63,791 bases of DNA, filler included, from Octopus bimaculoides (GCF_001194135.2; 5 parts of 5 records of this genome joined end to end with filler, not necessarily neighbours in it), one strand, 5' to 3'; counted from the whole stretch's first letter, positions 12,316-25,252 are shown. Numbers and translations are program-made. The notes: generated from the letters alone by a model not told the origin.

Positions 12316-12624
12316 AGGCAGCGCGCCGGGCAAAATGCTTAGCAGTATTTCGTCCGCATTTACGTTCTAAGTTCAAATTCCGCCGAAGTCGACTGTGCCT
12401 TTCATTCTTTCGGGGTCGATGAATTAAGTGTCAGTGAAACGCTGGGGTTGATGTAATCGACTAGGCCCCATCCAACAAATTCCAGGCCTTATACTTTCAG
12501 TAGAAAAGATTATTATTATTTTGTTCTTGTAGAAATAAAAAAAGTATCGGTCGAGCACTGGGGTCGAAGTACTCGACTAATTCCCTCCCTCAAAATTTCA
12601 GGCTTTGTGCCTATAACAGAAAGG

Positions 12625-12625
<1 letters not shown>
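12316..12625 (+). mobile_element. SINE family A copy plus a duplicated 3' end, followed by (TTA)n
   Basis: Consensus match at 12316-12516. A second GGGGTCGA..AAAATTTCAGGCTTTGTGCC tail lies at about 12555-12625. Confidence 0.8.
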
Positions 12626-12693
<68 letters not shown>

Positions 12694-13058
12694 GTTCTGT
12701 AGTTTTATTTTTATAACGTGCTTTCACTTCACTACCGAGCGCAGCTCTGTGCGCCTTGGGTATGTGCTGTGGTTTGCTGTGGTGCTCTTATGTTTACTGT
12801 ATTGAAAGTGTTTTGCGTAGAATGTGTGCNNNNNNNNNNNNNNNNNNNNNNNNNNNNNNNNNNNNNNNNNNNNNNNNNNNNNNNNNNNNNNNNNNNNNNN
12901 NNNNNNNNNNNNNNNNNNNNNNNNNNNNNNNNNNNNNNNNNNNNNNNNNNNNNNNNNNNNNNNNNNNNNNNNNNNNNNNNNNNNNNNNNNNNNNNNNNNN
13001 NNNNNNNNNNNNNNNNNNNNNNNNNNNNNNNNNNNNNNNNNNNNNNNNNNNNNNNNNN

Positions 13059-13138
<80 letters not shown>

Positions 13139-13480
13139 GTATGAAAACTCACAGCTTATTTTGCTGGGTATGATAGAAAGTATCAGCTGTCCACTGCCAG
13201 CAGACTAAGGTGCCACTTGTTTACTGGTCTTGCTTCAAAAAACCCTGCGAAGAATTCTCGCAGTTCCAAGCAACGTTGATTTTTGTAGGTGTTCTACCTT
13301 CTCACTTGCAGCAATCTTTTATAGCCATGCTCGTCGTTGAGAGCTGATACTTCCAAGTGCACCAGTTACTATTGGTATCACATTTATTCTCTTCATTGAC
13401 CACAACCTTCGTATTTCCCACTTTAAATCGTCATAGTTATTTATTTTTTCTTCTTCTTTCACATTGATGTTGTTATTGTT
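13139..13480 (-). mobile_element. 3' fragment of a Dong/R4-clade LINE (end of the restriction-like endonuclease domain plus 3' UTR)
   Basis: The minus strand translates to KINNYDDLKWEIRRLWSMKRINVIPIVTGALGSIS..EHLQKSTLLGTARILRRVF, homologous to the RLE end at 24250-24450. The 3' end abuts the (ATA)n tract at 13059-13138. Confidence 0.8.
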
Positions 13481-13481
13481 A

Positions 13482-13697
13482 AGGCGGCGAGCTGGCAGAA
13501 TCGTTAGAACACCGTTCAAAATGCTTAGCAGCATTTCCTCCATCTTCACGCTCTGAGTTCAAATTTCGCCGAGGTCGATTTTGCATTTCATCCTTTCGGG
13601 GATCGATAAATTAAGAACCAGCTGAAGCCTGGGGTAGCTGTAATCGACTTAGGACCCACTCGAACTTGCTAGCCTTGAGCCAAAATTTGAAACCATT
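13482..13697 (+). mobile_element. SINE family A copy
   Basis: Starts GGCGGCGAGCTGGCAGAATCGTTAG and follows the consensus. Confidence 0.85.
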
Positions 13698-13794
13698 ATT
13701 GTTACTGATGCTGGTGTTGTTCTTGCTGTTGTTATATAGCAATTGTGAACATTAGCGTCGTTGGCTTATAGATTTCCAACGCACCAGTTACTAA

Positions 13795-13952
13795 TTGCGT
13801 GTATATTTCACTTGGATAGTTCGGGCTATGTGTTAAGAAGCTTGCTTCCCAACAACATGCTTCAGGGTTCAGTCACACTGCGTGATACCTTGGACAAGTA
13901 TCTTCTACCAAAGTCTGGATTTGGTAAACGGAAACTGAAAGAAGCCCGTCCC

Positions 13953-13989
<37 letters not shown>

Positions 13990-14215
13990 GCGTGTGCGTG
14001 TGTGTATGTGTGTTTGTGTGTGTTGAGTTTCTGTATTTGTCCCACACTACCACTTGACAACCGGTGTTTGTGTGTTTACGCCTCCGTAAAGCAGCGGTTC
14101 GGCAAACGATACCGGTAGAATAAGTACGAGACTTAAAAAAAGCACTAGGGTCGATTCTTCAAAGCGGTGCTCCAGCATAACCGCAGCCTAATAACTAAAA
14201 ATAAGTGAAAGATAA
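13795..14215 (+). mobile_element. SINE family B copy, CpGs retained
   Basis: GCTTGCTTCCCAAC..GGGTTCAGTCACACTGCGTGATACCTTGGACAAG..GCGGTTCGGCAAA..GCGGTGCTCCAGCA. Confidence 0.8.
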
Positions 14216-14991
14216 AAGATATATACCAAAAAATAAAAGATATATACGCGTCCCATTAGCTTCATAAATTCAGTAAATTAGCAAATTTCGAAATGTTGTC
14301 ACAAAAGCAAATTGATTCTTCTTCCAGACATTTTCAGGTTGAATTTCTTTAAAATTCTTCGGTTTTTCTCCAAGTTTATTACAACTTTATTAATATCCTA
14401 TCCTATGGATAAAGGATGTAGAACTTTTCTTTCGTAACACGCATTTGTGTCAGAAGCTCTCCAGTAGCTAAATCGCCTTCAAAGGTGTTCTACAGAAGAC
14501 TGAAATCTATTAGAAAACTGTCTTGTCTTCTTGCGTGTTTTCTCGCTATTGGTAAAACAACTCAAATTTGTCTACTGATTGTCTTGCGCACATTTTCACT
14601 TTATTATATTGTATTTTATTTATTTAAACAACGATCAGCTGCCATCCACGTACTGTCAATATAAATGACTTGCTTCCTCCCAGCAATTTTTCTATTTTCT
14701 CTCATGTCTTCGTTATATTGCTATGATGAATGTCTTTCCTACCTCTTGTATTCCGTAATCACGAATATACATCCTCTCCACTCTTTCCAGCGATGCTTTC
14801 TTCCGCAATCTGTAGTTAAGTGTACTGCAAATGTAAATCGCAGTGAATGATGAATGTTATCAGAATTTGGACTCAGATTCCAACTGCAAATTCGAAAATT
14901 TAGCTAGTATTCCTCATTAGAATCGTGTGTAACTTTTAAATTTATTATTTACCAATATTCGTTTTTAATTTAGATAAAGGTCAACAGTGTC

Positions 14992-15200
14992 TCTTCTTCT
15001 TCTTCTTCTTCTTCTTCTTCTTCTTCTTCTTCTTCTTCTTCTTCTTCTTCTTCTCCTTCTTCTTCTTCTTCTTCTTCTTCTTCTTCTTCTTCTTCTCCTC
15101 CTCCTCCTCCTCCTCCTCCTCCTCCTTCTTCTTCTTCTTCTTCTTCTTCTTCTTCTTCTTCTTCTTCTTCTTCTTCTTCTTCTTCGTCGTCGTCGTCGTC
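14992..15200. repeat. Compound (CTT)n(CCT)n(CTT)n(CGT)n microsatellite
   Basis: Direct reading; it produces the spurious poly-L and poly-K/E ORFs. Confidence 0.95.
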
Positions 15201-15743
15201 ATTGTCGTCTCCTCCTTCACATCTTTCTTTGTCTATTCAGTCTGCTTCTATTTATATTAAATCTTATTTTCATTTCTATTTTTATTATTCAACACAACCC
15301 TTTTCTCTGTTCCTCTCTCTAAATAGTCAATCATTTAAGCATAAACCTTACTTTTCGTTTTAACAAATACATTCATTCTGTCTAGAACTTCTCATTTCTC
15401 ACTAACGACAATTCACTTCTCTTCCCAGCATTTTCTATCTACTTTCAATCAATTGCTTATATACGCCTTACTCTTTCTTATTCGATTTCACACCAACTTC
15501 TAATAAATACTCTCCTTCACCACTAAGCTGATTGTATCGACAATTGTACAATGGTAGGTCATCTTTTCCCCTCTGTTATTTATTCTATACTTTTATATTT
15601 CGTCATCATCATCCTCACTATTTATTGCAATAACTCCACAATATGTATTTATGTACATATGTATATATGTATGTATGCATGTAGGTATGTATATGTCTGT
15701 AAATGTGTATATATATGTGTGTATATATATATATAAATAAATA

Positions 15744-15783
<40 letters not shown>

Positions 15784-15806
15784 NNNNNNNNNNNNNNNNN
15801 NNNNNN

Positions 15807-15862
<56 letters not shown>

Positions 15863-16067
15863 GTATGTATATAAAACATACGATGAAACTAAACAGAATT
15901 TGTTTTAGAAGCGTTGAGATATATTGGAAAATACAGAAATAATATTTTTTTTATTCTCAAACGCGTGATAATGCTAATAGAATAGTGTGAGCAGGATAAA
16001 TTACCCATACATTGCAGAAAAATACGTTACCGACCAACCATATATATATATATATATATATTTATAT

Positions 16068-16388
16068 ATCATAAATATAAGGGATTAGCAATTGAGTTGC
16101 TTCTCCAACATACTGAAAATTCAGAAATAGCAGTCAAAGAACTACTGATTCTAAACTACAAATTTTTCTCCAAAACGGATGGCGATATTTATGGCACACA
16201 TAGAACAAAAAACCGGAGGGAAAAGCACAAACAAAACAAGTCTTTTGTTAATTGGGTACGAATCGTTTCATGGTTAAGTGAATGAAAATTTCACTATTCC
16301 AATCTTCAGCCCAGTTCTTTGACTGCTATTTCTGAATTTTCAGTATGTTGGAGAAGCAACTCAATTGCTAATCCCTTATATTTATGAT
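16068..16388. repeat. Perfect 76-bp inverted duplication with a 169-bp spacer
   Basis: 16068-16143 is the exact reverse complement of 16313-16388. Confidence 0.92.
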
Positions 16389-16518
16389 GATAAATGGTCT
16401 TACCGATAAAGGTTTTTTTTCATACTGAACTACTTGGCAAAATTGTTAATTGTTAATTCTATTATTAATTGACGATTCCCTGCCCTCATTTCTTGTATAT
16501 ATTTATATATATATATAC

Positions 16519-16618
16519 NNNNNNNNNNNNNNNNNNNNNNNNNNNNNNNNNNNNNNNNNNNNTTAATTAATTAANNNNNNNNNNNNNNNNNNNNNNNNNN
16601 NNNNNNNNNNNNNNNNNN
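16519..16618. other. Artificial assembly spacer (44 N + TTAATTAATTAA + 44 N); also near 30513-30612, 35386-35485 and 46999-47098
   Basis: The identical 12-mer, with stop codons in all six frames, sits inside N runs at 16563, 30557, 35430 and 47043. Confidence 0.9.
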
Positions 16619-17379
16619 TGGATGTAGGTGTCTTCAAGATGAAGCTGGACCTCTTCCTGTCAGGTGTCGCAGATGAACCAACCTCGCGAAAGGAGATGCA
16701 AATGAGGGCAGCTGCATCAAACTCTCTCAAGCACCAAATGTCATCATACATATATACATACATGCATGTATACATACACATACATACATGCATGCACCTA
16801 TGCATACATGGACACCAAACATACATATACATACCTACATTCATACACACACACATATGACAAGCTTCCACACATATTCTATCTATCAAATTCGCTCACA
16901 ATATACTGGTTGGTCTGAGGTTATAAAAGAAGATACTTGCCCAGTAGGTCTAAACTTGAAACCACACAGTTACAAAGCAAGCTTTTTATGCACACAACCC
17001 TGCCTGTCTGATAAATTAATTAATATACATTTCAATGTTACACATGAATGAGATACAAAAGTTCTAAAATATTATTCTAAATGTTCAATGAAGTTATTTT
17101 TACCTCAATTCTCAGAAGCTTTATCTATTATTAAAACTTCCATAAATCTTAGCTTGTCATTCTTCCCACTCCATCATTGTATTTGTGTTTGTGTGTGGAT
17201 AGATGGAACTTATTCAAGTAATATAAAATCTCCTCTGTTTTTAGTTATTGATAGCATTTCCAAATTCTGCATATATTGCTGTATACAAAAATATACTTCC
17301 TGAAGAAATCACGAGCCTTCTGTTACATAGGAATGAGTAGAATAGCTAGATTGTTTCACTTTGATATTACAAAAGGCTA

Positions 17380-17599
17380 TATGAGGGGCTGTTGAAAAGT
17401 TCCTGGCTTAAAGGGTATCGTGAAAGACCTGGCTGAAAGCTCAATCTTCCTAGTTCTTTTACAGGGCTTAGAAAAACTGAAGGTCCCCTGCAATTAGTGT
17501 GTAAATCTGAGAGGGGAATATGCTGAATAAAATCATAATTAACTGATCCCCCTGTATTTTCTTTTACTCAAAGCCAGGAACTTTTCATCACTCCTCATA
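17380..17599 (+). mobile_element. 220-bp mariner-derived MITE / internal deletion derivative
   Basis: About 29-bp TIRs (TATGAGGGGCTGTTGAAAAGTTCCTGGCTT / AAGCCAGGAACTTTTCATCACTCCTCATA) with TA ends. The interior encodes a mariner C-terminus-like GLEKLK..C.KCVNLRGEY.E*. Confidence 0.8.
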
Positions 17600-17800
17600 T
17601 ATACAACTAAAGGAATGTGTTCAATATTAAAACATTAGTCTTATTATTTGATCACCATTGTTTTGTTTTATATTTTTGTTTCTTTCTATCTTTGTTATCT
17701 TAGTTATCACCATTGGCATTTTTCCTTGGTATCAAGTTTTGCTAAGGCTGATTTTGCCTTTCATCTACTCAGGGTGGATAAAATAAGTACCAGTCAAATA

Positions 17801-18218
17801 CTTATTTCTTCATTGCCCACAAGGAGCTAAACATAGAGGGGATAAATAAGGACAGACAAAGGGATTAAGTCAATTACATCGACTCCAGTGCATAACTGGT
17901 ACTTAATTTATCGACCCCGAAAGGATGAAAGGCAAAGTCGACCTTGGCAGAATTTGAACTCAGAACGTAACAGCAAACGAAATACCTATTTCTTTACTGC
18001 CCATAAGGGGCTACACACAGAGGGGACAAACAAGGACAGACAAATGGATTAAGTCGATTATATCGACCCCAGTGCGTAACTGGTACTTAATTTATCGACC
18101 CCGAAAGGACGAAAGGCAAAGTCGACCTTGGCGGAATTTGAACTCAGAACGCAGTGGCAAACGAAATACTGCTAAGCATTTCGCCCGGCGTGCTAACGTT
18201 TCTGCCAGTTCGCCACCT
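17801..18218 (-). mobile_element. Two tandem SINE family A copies (17801-17985, 17986-18218)
   Basis: Reverse complement of the consensus, including the TTTGTCTGTCCTTGTTTGTCCCCTCT tail variant seen at 2091-2146. Confidence 0.85.
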
Positions 18219-18540
18219 TCAAATACTAGGGTATATCTAATCAATTTCCCTCAACCCTCAAAACTGCTGGTCTTGAGCCAATATTAGAAACCATAATTAT
18301 TAATATCTTCACCATACACACACCACCCCCACTATCACCAGCATCATTGCTGTTGTCATTGTTATCTTCAGTTGAGTAAGTTGAGTCACCTGGTTAGATC
18401 AGAATAAAACGAATAGAAATGGCTGTAATGGATTGACACCTGTCCATCAATTTTTACTTATTTATATACATATATATATGTGTGTGTGTGGACAGAAAGA
18501 GAGAGCAAGAGAGATAGGTAAGATAGATATAGATATACAT

Positions 18541-18862
18541 AGGAGCACTCCGTTAGTTACGACGAGGGTCCCAGCTGATACGATCAATGGAAGAGCTTGC
18601 ATGTGAAATTAACATGCAAATGACTGAGCAATCCACAGACACGTGTACCCCCAACGTAGTTCTCAGGGAGACTCAGCGTAACACATAGCGTGACAAGGCC
18701 GGCCCTTTGAAATACAGGTACTACTCATTTTTGCCAGCTGAGTGGACTAGAGCAACGTGAAGTAAAGTGTCTTGCTGAAGGACACAACGTGTCGCCAGGA
18801 ATTGAACTCACGACTTTACAATCGTGAGCCGAATGCCCTAATCACCAAGCCATGCGCCTTCA
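18541..18862 (-). mobile_element. tRNA-derived SINE family C
   Basis: Minus-strand head GTGAAGGCGCATGGCTTGGTGATTAGGGCATTCGGCTCACGATTG..GTGAGTTCAATTCCTGGCGAC (A/B boxes), then GTGTCCTTCAGCAAGACACTT. A homologous copy is at 43250-43478. Confidence 0.8.
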
Positions 18863-19835
18863 CATACATACATACATACATACTTATGTATATACATCTA
18901 TCTATCTATGTACACACACACACATATATATATATACACACATATACCTTTTAACCTAGATCAAGCAAATATAATGTTTTGTGATGTTTGATGAACTCAA
19001 TAAAAGCAAATACATCTCGTGCTGAAGAACTTCGATCTCTACTCTTTAAAAAAATATATTCTTTAACACCAAACTAACCTCCAAATTTTCATGGTCATTG
19101 ATTCAAAACACTGAGAAACTTCACAAATTTAAAATGTACACTTGGTTTATTTATTTAATTTGATGTCTAATAAATCCTCTTAAGTCTTCTTTTTTTTTTT
19201 TGTTCCTGTTACTGGTGTTAGTTACTAGGTTGTAGCAATACTATTCATGACACTGCTTTCAAGTGTACATACAAGACAATTATATAGACACCAGTTTTTG
19301 ACTCTGTTTCTTATTGATCTCAATCCACACATGACCATCTCATCTGTGTGATATTGTGGAATTACATTGCTCTCTATATCGGTTGAATTTTAGGATTGCA
19401 AAATGTGATATGTATGAGATATATTTAGCTATATATTGAAAGCCACGTGATTACATAAAGGCCCCTCCCCTGCCTTGATGGGTGTAGTAAGTTGATGTTT
19501 ACCTCCCCCCAGTCAGCCCTGTTTGGGTAGAACTATATTCAGATGCATTCCAGCCATGGCTATCACGTTTTTTTCCTACACACACACACACTACTACACG
19601 TATACATATAAATATATGCATGTATATATATATATAATTCTGCTTGCTATAACTAGAACTGATTCTGATGAAAGTAGCATTCATTTTCTTAGGTTGTTCA
19701 ATTTTCCTCAATTGATCAGTAGACCAATTGAGTAAACGCATCAGTAATATATCTATAATAACCACTGGAAATAACTGTAAGTCAAACTTGCTCCAATAAA
19801 GGAAAAATATGCAATGACCATTATTTTTAACTTGT

Positions 19836-19886
<51 letters not shown>

Positions 19887-22517
19887 CTAGATTGTCTAAT
19901 GCATCCTTTCCTTTTTTTAGATGCCAGAATATGATTTGAAGAATATTTGACTGTAAATTCTAGCAAGTCAAATGAGTACATAGAAAGATGTTCCTTTGTT
20001 AGATGTAGCAAGTTTCTTCAATTGTACATTACTTCTTTGACAACATCAAAATCAGAACTAGACATATTTATTATACTTAACAATAGCAAGCACATTTTCA
20101 CCATTCAGAAAGCAGAAAATGATAAATTCTGTTGTGGCCTATACCAGGAAGATATCACTAACTCAGGGCGATATCACTAATAAATGCTGGTGTTCTGCTA
20201 TAAGAAAAGTAAAAGACTTTGGCACGGTCTTATTAAAGAGAAAAATTGATATCAAAATACCATGCAACTTTAGCAGCGTAGTTAGCGTAGCTCTGGCCCT
20301 GGTATAGTTACAAGTTCTTGGTTCTAATGAGTCATGTATAAACAATGGAAAGAAATACAAGAAAATGAGTTGCAATTAGCTGCTACATTTTAGTTGACCG
20401 CTAAGTGAATCAGTACAGCAAATGTTGGTACATCTCGAATGATACTGTTAGAAGAAAATATACACATTTTTTCTCATTTAGTTGGAACTTGGTGATGTGT
20501 GCTGAGCAGAACAAGAACAGAAATACTTGCCATGAGTTTTTGGAGTCTCTCAAATCCACGCTGTTTATAGGTGTAATGTCCACATTGATCCAAACTCAAT
20601 CATGTCTTCCCACCTCACTGAAGAAAAACAAGAGCAAAACATTCTATTTAAGCTTGTGGATAGGCTTCAGTGAACAAACATAATTTTCCTGTGCCAGGCT
20701 GGTCTGTTATGTGATGGGATTTGATAGCCTGCATAAAACCAGAAAGACTCGATTGATGTATATACCTTCACGTGATCAGGTCTTGTGACCACTTGTAGAA
20801 AACACTGTGAATGAGCCAATTTCTGGTTATTTAAGCCTAGTCAGCCAAATGATAAACATACTTTGTTTCAGTTCAACTTTTAAAATAATGAAGAATTTAG
20901 TAAAATATTTTGATCATTCTTAAGCTTGTTTGGAACATAATTTAGCATGAAATGATGATGGAAGTTTTTAATTTAATCCACTTTAAAACATGAACTTTGT
21001 ATCGTAGCACCAGGGTGGTTTTAGGCAGGTTTATATCAAAAGGGTAGGGAAGGTCTATGTCCACAGGCTCTTTTAAGGGCTTCAAAGCTGATGGCTGGAA
21101 GGGAATAAATAATCCTCAGATTGGCAGCTAGTATATATGTTTTCAACAGTATGTACATTGTTTGCTAAATAACCTCCAAGGGCTAAATATTTGTGTTAAA
21201 CTAGATGTCTAAGTCAACCAGACAGAAATAGGAAGATCTTCTCCGATAGCCTTTCTCAGTTTTTATGAACTAAGTTTCACACATAATACTTTAGCTTATT
21301 GAATGCTATGGCAGAAAATACTTGCTAAGTTGATGTATGGTAAGACTGAACTCAAAACAGCATCCATCATTGCTTTTGTCAAGTAGTTAATCTGTAGTGA
21401 GTGATTGAGCCTTTTTATTCTGAAGGGTGCAAAAGGTGTCAGTACCTGAGGTGGCTGTTCAAGTCAAGAGTGATATAGAGGAGCCAAGGGCATTTAGCGC
21501 AAGGGAGGTTTGGTGGGGGACAAAGAATTGCAAGTTACTCACTTTGACATCTGATCTCTGCCTCTAGACGTCTGTTTTTTTCCATTTGGCCCATTCCCTT
21601 GATGATGACATGTCACCATTTTGGGCAGTCCTTGCCAATTGTCTCCCAGGTGTTTCGGCCAAAAGAACAGTGGAGGAGAGTGACCTTCACCTGGTTTTGG
21701 AAAAAAAATTTGAGTGCCTGGTGCAATCATTATTAACATTATTAGTAAGCAAAACTTCTTAATACAGAGGTAAATTTCATTCATAAGAAAAACAGATCAG
21801 AGATATTGAAAGTAATATGAAAATCTTAAAGACAATGTTCAACTTCCTGATACATTATAAGACAGATAACAAGTTCATATTTTGTAATGGAGCAGTAATT
21901 AAACAAGATTCTCCTGTATTACAATAATAATTTAAATCTACACTACACTACCCTGTATGAAATTTCAAGAACTTTGCAATTCTTTCTCAAAATGCAGTTA
22001 AATTAAGTCAGAATTTGTATCTATATTTCAGAAATTTATATAATGACATTGATGAGTGTGTTTTAAAAACTGCGAAAAATAAAAAATAAAAGAAAGTGCT
22101 GAGAGGATATTTAATATAATATATAGTATTTGTGTGTAATTTGAGCCTGAGATTTTACTGAAATGAAGCTGCTCTGAATCATAAATGTAAGGTTTTATTT
22201 GCTGGAAAGAACAATCAAGTGGAATGGATATATGACATTGATAGTTGGTTTGAGAAATTTAATAATCAATAGTAGTAACAGTGTTGGTCTGCTATGAAAG
22301 GCATGAAATGTACTCTCATACATATGGAAAATTAAAAGAATTCTCAAGTATAGCAACAACTGGGAGACAGACATGTTTAGTGATGTGTTTAGTCTATATT
22401 TCACAGAAAAACAGACACATTAAAATGTATTGCATAATTATGATATTGATGGTACTCATTTGGGTTGATTGTGATGTTGATGATGATGACAGTATTACCA
22501 GTATGAANNNNNNNNNN

Positions 22518-22648
22518 TGTTTCCCAACCACATGGTTCTGGGTTCAGTCCCACTGTGTGGCACCTTGAGGAAGTGTCTTCTACTATAGCGTCAGGCCAAC
22601 GAAAGACTTATGAGTGGATTTGGTGGACAGAAACTGAAAGAAACCTGT

Positions 22649-22692
<44 letters not shown>

Positions 22693-22915
22693 GGTGTGTC
22701 TTTGTATCTGTGTTTGTCCCTCTCTATCACTGCTTGACAACTAGTGTTGATGTGTCTACTTCTCTGTAACTTAGCAGGTCAGCAAAAGAAATTGATAGAA
22801 TAAGTACTAGGCTTGAAAAATAAGTCCTGAGGTCAATTTTTTTCAACTAAAACCCTTCAATGCAGTACTCCAGCATGGCCACAGTCAAATGACACAATAA
22901 GCAAAATAGTAAAAG
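22518..22915 (+). mobile_element. SINE family B copy, CpG-decayed
   Basis: CCCAACCACATGGTTCTGGGTTCAGTCCCACTGTGTGGCACCTTGAGGAAG..CTCCAGCATGGCCACAGTCAAATGAC. Confidence 0.8.
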
Positions 22916-23658
22916 AATAATGTAGATATATTTTTTTCATCTGTTTTGTTCATCAGTATTACTAATTTATAAACCCCTAATTATAGCAGTATATTACTAA
23001 ATTAATATTATTTACTTTATTTTTGAAATTTTATATATTTTTATTTTTCCCTTCATTACAATTGAAATATATTTCTGTGCCCTTTTACTTCTTTTTCCAA
23101 AGACACAAGTCATTACCTATTCTCTTTATCTTCCTTCCTTACTCACACCCCTTCAATCATATATTTTCATCTACAGTCTCCTAAATAATTTAATTTCTTT
23201 TTCTCTGTGCCATCCCACCTCTTCCTCTCTTCTAACCCCTTCCTCCTTTTTTCCTCCCCAACCACCTTTCCTCATTCTTTTTACTTTTCTACCACCTTTT
23301 CTTTTGTATTTTTCTGATGAAGGAATGGCATCTGAAACATCACAATTCTTTCTCTTCTTTTTTAAGCATTAAACTAATACACCATGTTAAAACTTGTTCC
23401 TCTCGTGTGATCTACATGTTATGCTCATTGTATAATATATATTTTAGTCATTGTTCAGTGTTCTCTAATTTACCAGAATTCAACTATCCACCTCATTCAA
23501 TATAATAAATAATTTCTTTTAAGAAAAACTGTTTTCCAGTAATCCCTTCCACTATAAAAATATAAATTCCATCAACCGAAAGAAAGTCTTCATTCATTTG
23601 ATAAATTCAAATGAGCAGCAAAATCTGGCCAGTTGTAACAAGTCATTTTTATTCTAAT

Positions 23659-23692
<34 letters not shown>

Positions 23693-23781
23693 TGATGATG
23701 ATGATGATGATGATGATAATGATAATAATAATGATGATAATAATGATGATAATAATAATGATGATAATAATAACAGTAATA

Positions 23782-23812
<31 letters not shown>
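23659..23812. repeat. (AAT)n/(GAT)n compound microsatellite
   Basis: Direct reading; it flanks the 5' end of the Dong/R4 fragment. Confidence 0.95.
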
Positions 23813-24540
23813 TTACCTGTCCCCACTGATATTTGTACTGTGCTTGATACCACTAACACTGATTCTGAGGAAAGCAAAAGCTGGGTATGTATTCAAAAGC
23901 TGCCAACAAAAAGTCAACCATTTGTTTTTCATGGATGACCTCAAACTTTGTGGCAAAGATGAAGCCCAAGTCAATTCCCTCATTGATACGGTGTATACCT
24001 TCAGTGCTGATATCAGAATGGAGTTTGGACTGAAAAAGTGTGGTGTGTTAGTCTTGAAGGCATCGTCAAAAATAGAAATGCAAAGATCCTATGGGATTTT
24101 ATGATTCAGTTCAACCATGAGATAGAGAATAGGAAGCCGGACATAGCCTTAATTGAGAAAGAAAACAAACTATGCTGGATCATAGCTATAGAATGCCCAG
24201 CTAACAACAAGGTATGCGATAAGGAAGAAAGAAAAGTCGAGAGATATGACAAGTTAGCTTGGGAAGTTAAGCAGTTGTGGTCGATGAAAAAGGTAGCAAT
24301 AGTACCAATAATTGTCAGAGCCCTGGGAACAGTGAGCAAAAATCTTGAGAACTATGTGGAACAAATAGAGGCTGCAATAAGGGTGGAGCACTTGCAGAAA
24401 ACAGCACTGCTTGGAACCGCTCGAATACTCTGGAAGGTGCTCGAAAAATAAGAGGTGTTACCTTAGTTCACTGGTAGTGAACAGCTGACACTGTAGTACA
24501 TCTCCAGTGTTAGAAGCTGTGCAAAGACAATAATAATAAT
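23813..24540 (+). mobile_element. 5'-truncated, internally deleted Dong/R4-clade LINE (RT fragment fused to the RLE domain)
   Basis: RT frame: LSPLIFVLCLIPLT..KVNHLFFMDDLKL..MEFGLKKCGVLVLK (23813-24059). RLE frame: EGIVKNRNAKILWDF..RKPDI..KVERYDKL..IVPIIVRALG..LQKTALLGTARIL* (to 24451). The 3' UTR ends in (AAT)n. Confidence 0.88.
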
Positions 24541-24744
24541 TATTATAATAATCATCATCAACATCATGTACATGTATATATGCATATATAGTTTTAGGGA
24601 AAAAACCAAGTTTCATGAACTTTGGATTTTGTCCCTAATATTATTATTATTATTGTATATATGCATATATATAAAGAGAGAGAGAAATATATATGCACAT
24701 ACACACAAGTATCATAAATATATGACAATACACATTTAAAACTA

Positions 24745-24944
24745 TGCACAGGCACAGCTATATGGTAAGACGCATGCTGTCCAACAACATGGTTCTGGGT
24801 TCAGTCCCATTGTGTAGCGCCTAGGGCAAGTGTTTTCCACTACAGCCTCAAGCCAAGCAGACAGTAAGTGGATTTGGTAGATGAAAAGTGAAAGAAGCCT
24901 ATTGTATACATATATACATGTGAGTGTTAGGGGGTGTATGTATG

Positions 24945-24979
<35 letters not shown>

Positions 24980-25252
24980 GTGTGTGTGTGTGTGTGGTGT
25001 GTGTGTGTGCACTTGCATGCATGTGTGTGTCTTTGAGTCTGAGTTTGTCTCCCACCACTGCTTGACGTGTGTTGGTGTACTTACATCCCCATAACTTAGC
25101 AGTTCAGCAAAAGAGACCAATAGAAGACCAGTAAGTGAGACCAATAAGAAAAAAATTAGTACTGGAGTTGATTCATTCAACTAAAAATTCTTCAAGGCAG
25201 TGCTCCAGCATGGCCACAGTTTAATGACTGAAACAAGTACAAGATAAAAGAT
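24745..25252 (+). mobile_element. SINE family B copy, strongly CpG-decayed
   Basis: CCCCATAACTTAGCAGTTCAGCAAAAGAGACCAATAGA, where the other copies support CCCCGTAACTTAGCGGTTCGGCAAAAGAGACCGATAGA. Confidence 0.8.

Noticed and set aside
14420-14505. Minus-strand frame NTFEGDLATGELLTQMRVTKEKFYILYP
   Set aside because: Short, bounded by stops, no donor site; the FEGD resemblance to protease propeptides is likely chance.
16563-16574. TTAATTAATTAA recurring four times like a regular motif
   Set aside because: Assembly linker inside N runs; not biological.
19499-20011. 170-aa ORF on the minus strand
   Set aside because: It spans (TA)n and (TG)n tracts and has no recognisable domain.
21990-22090. 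DIDEC peptide suggestive of a calcium-binding EGF repeat
   Set aside because: No further cysteines and a stop follows within a few codons.
23305-23345. CTGATGAAGGAATGGCATCTGAAAC hammerhead-like string
   Set aside because: Weak stem II and no convincing stems I and III; at most a decayed relic.
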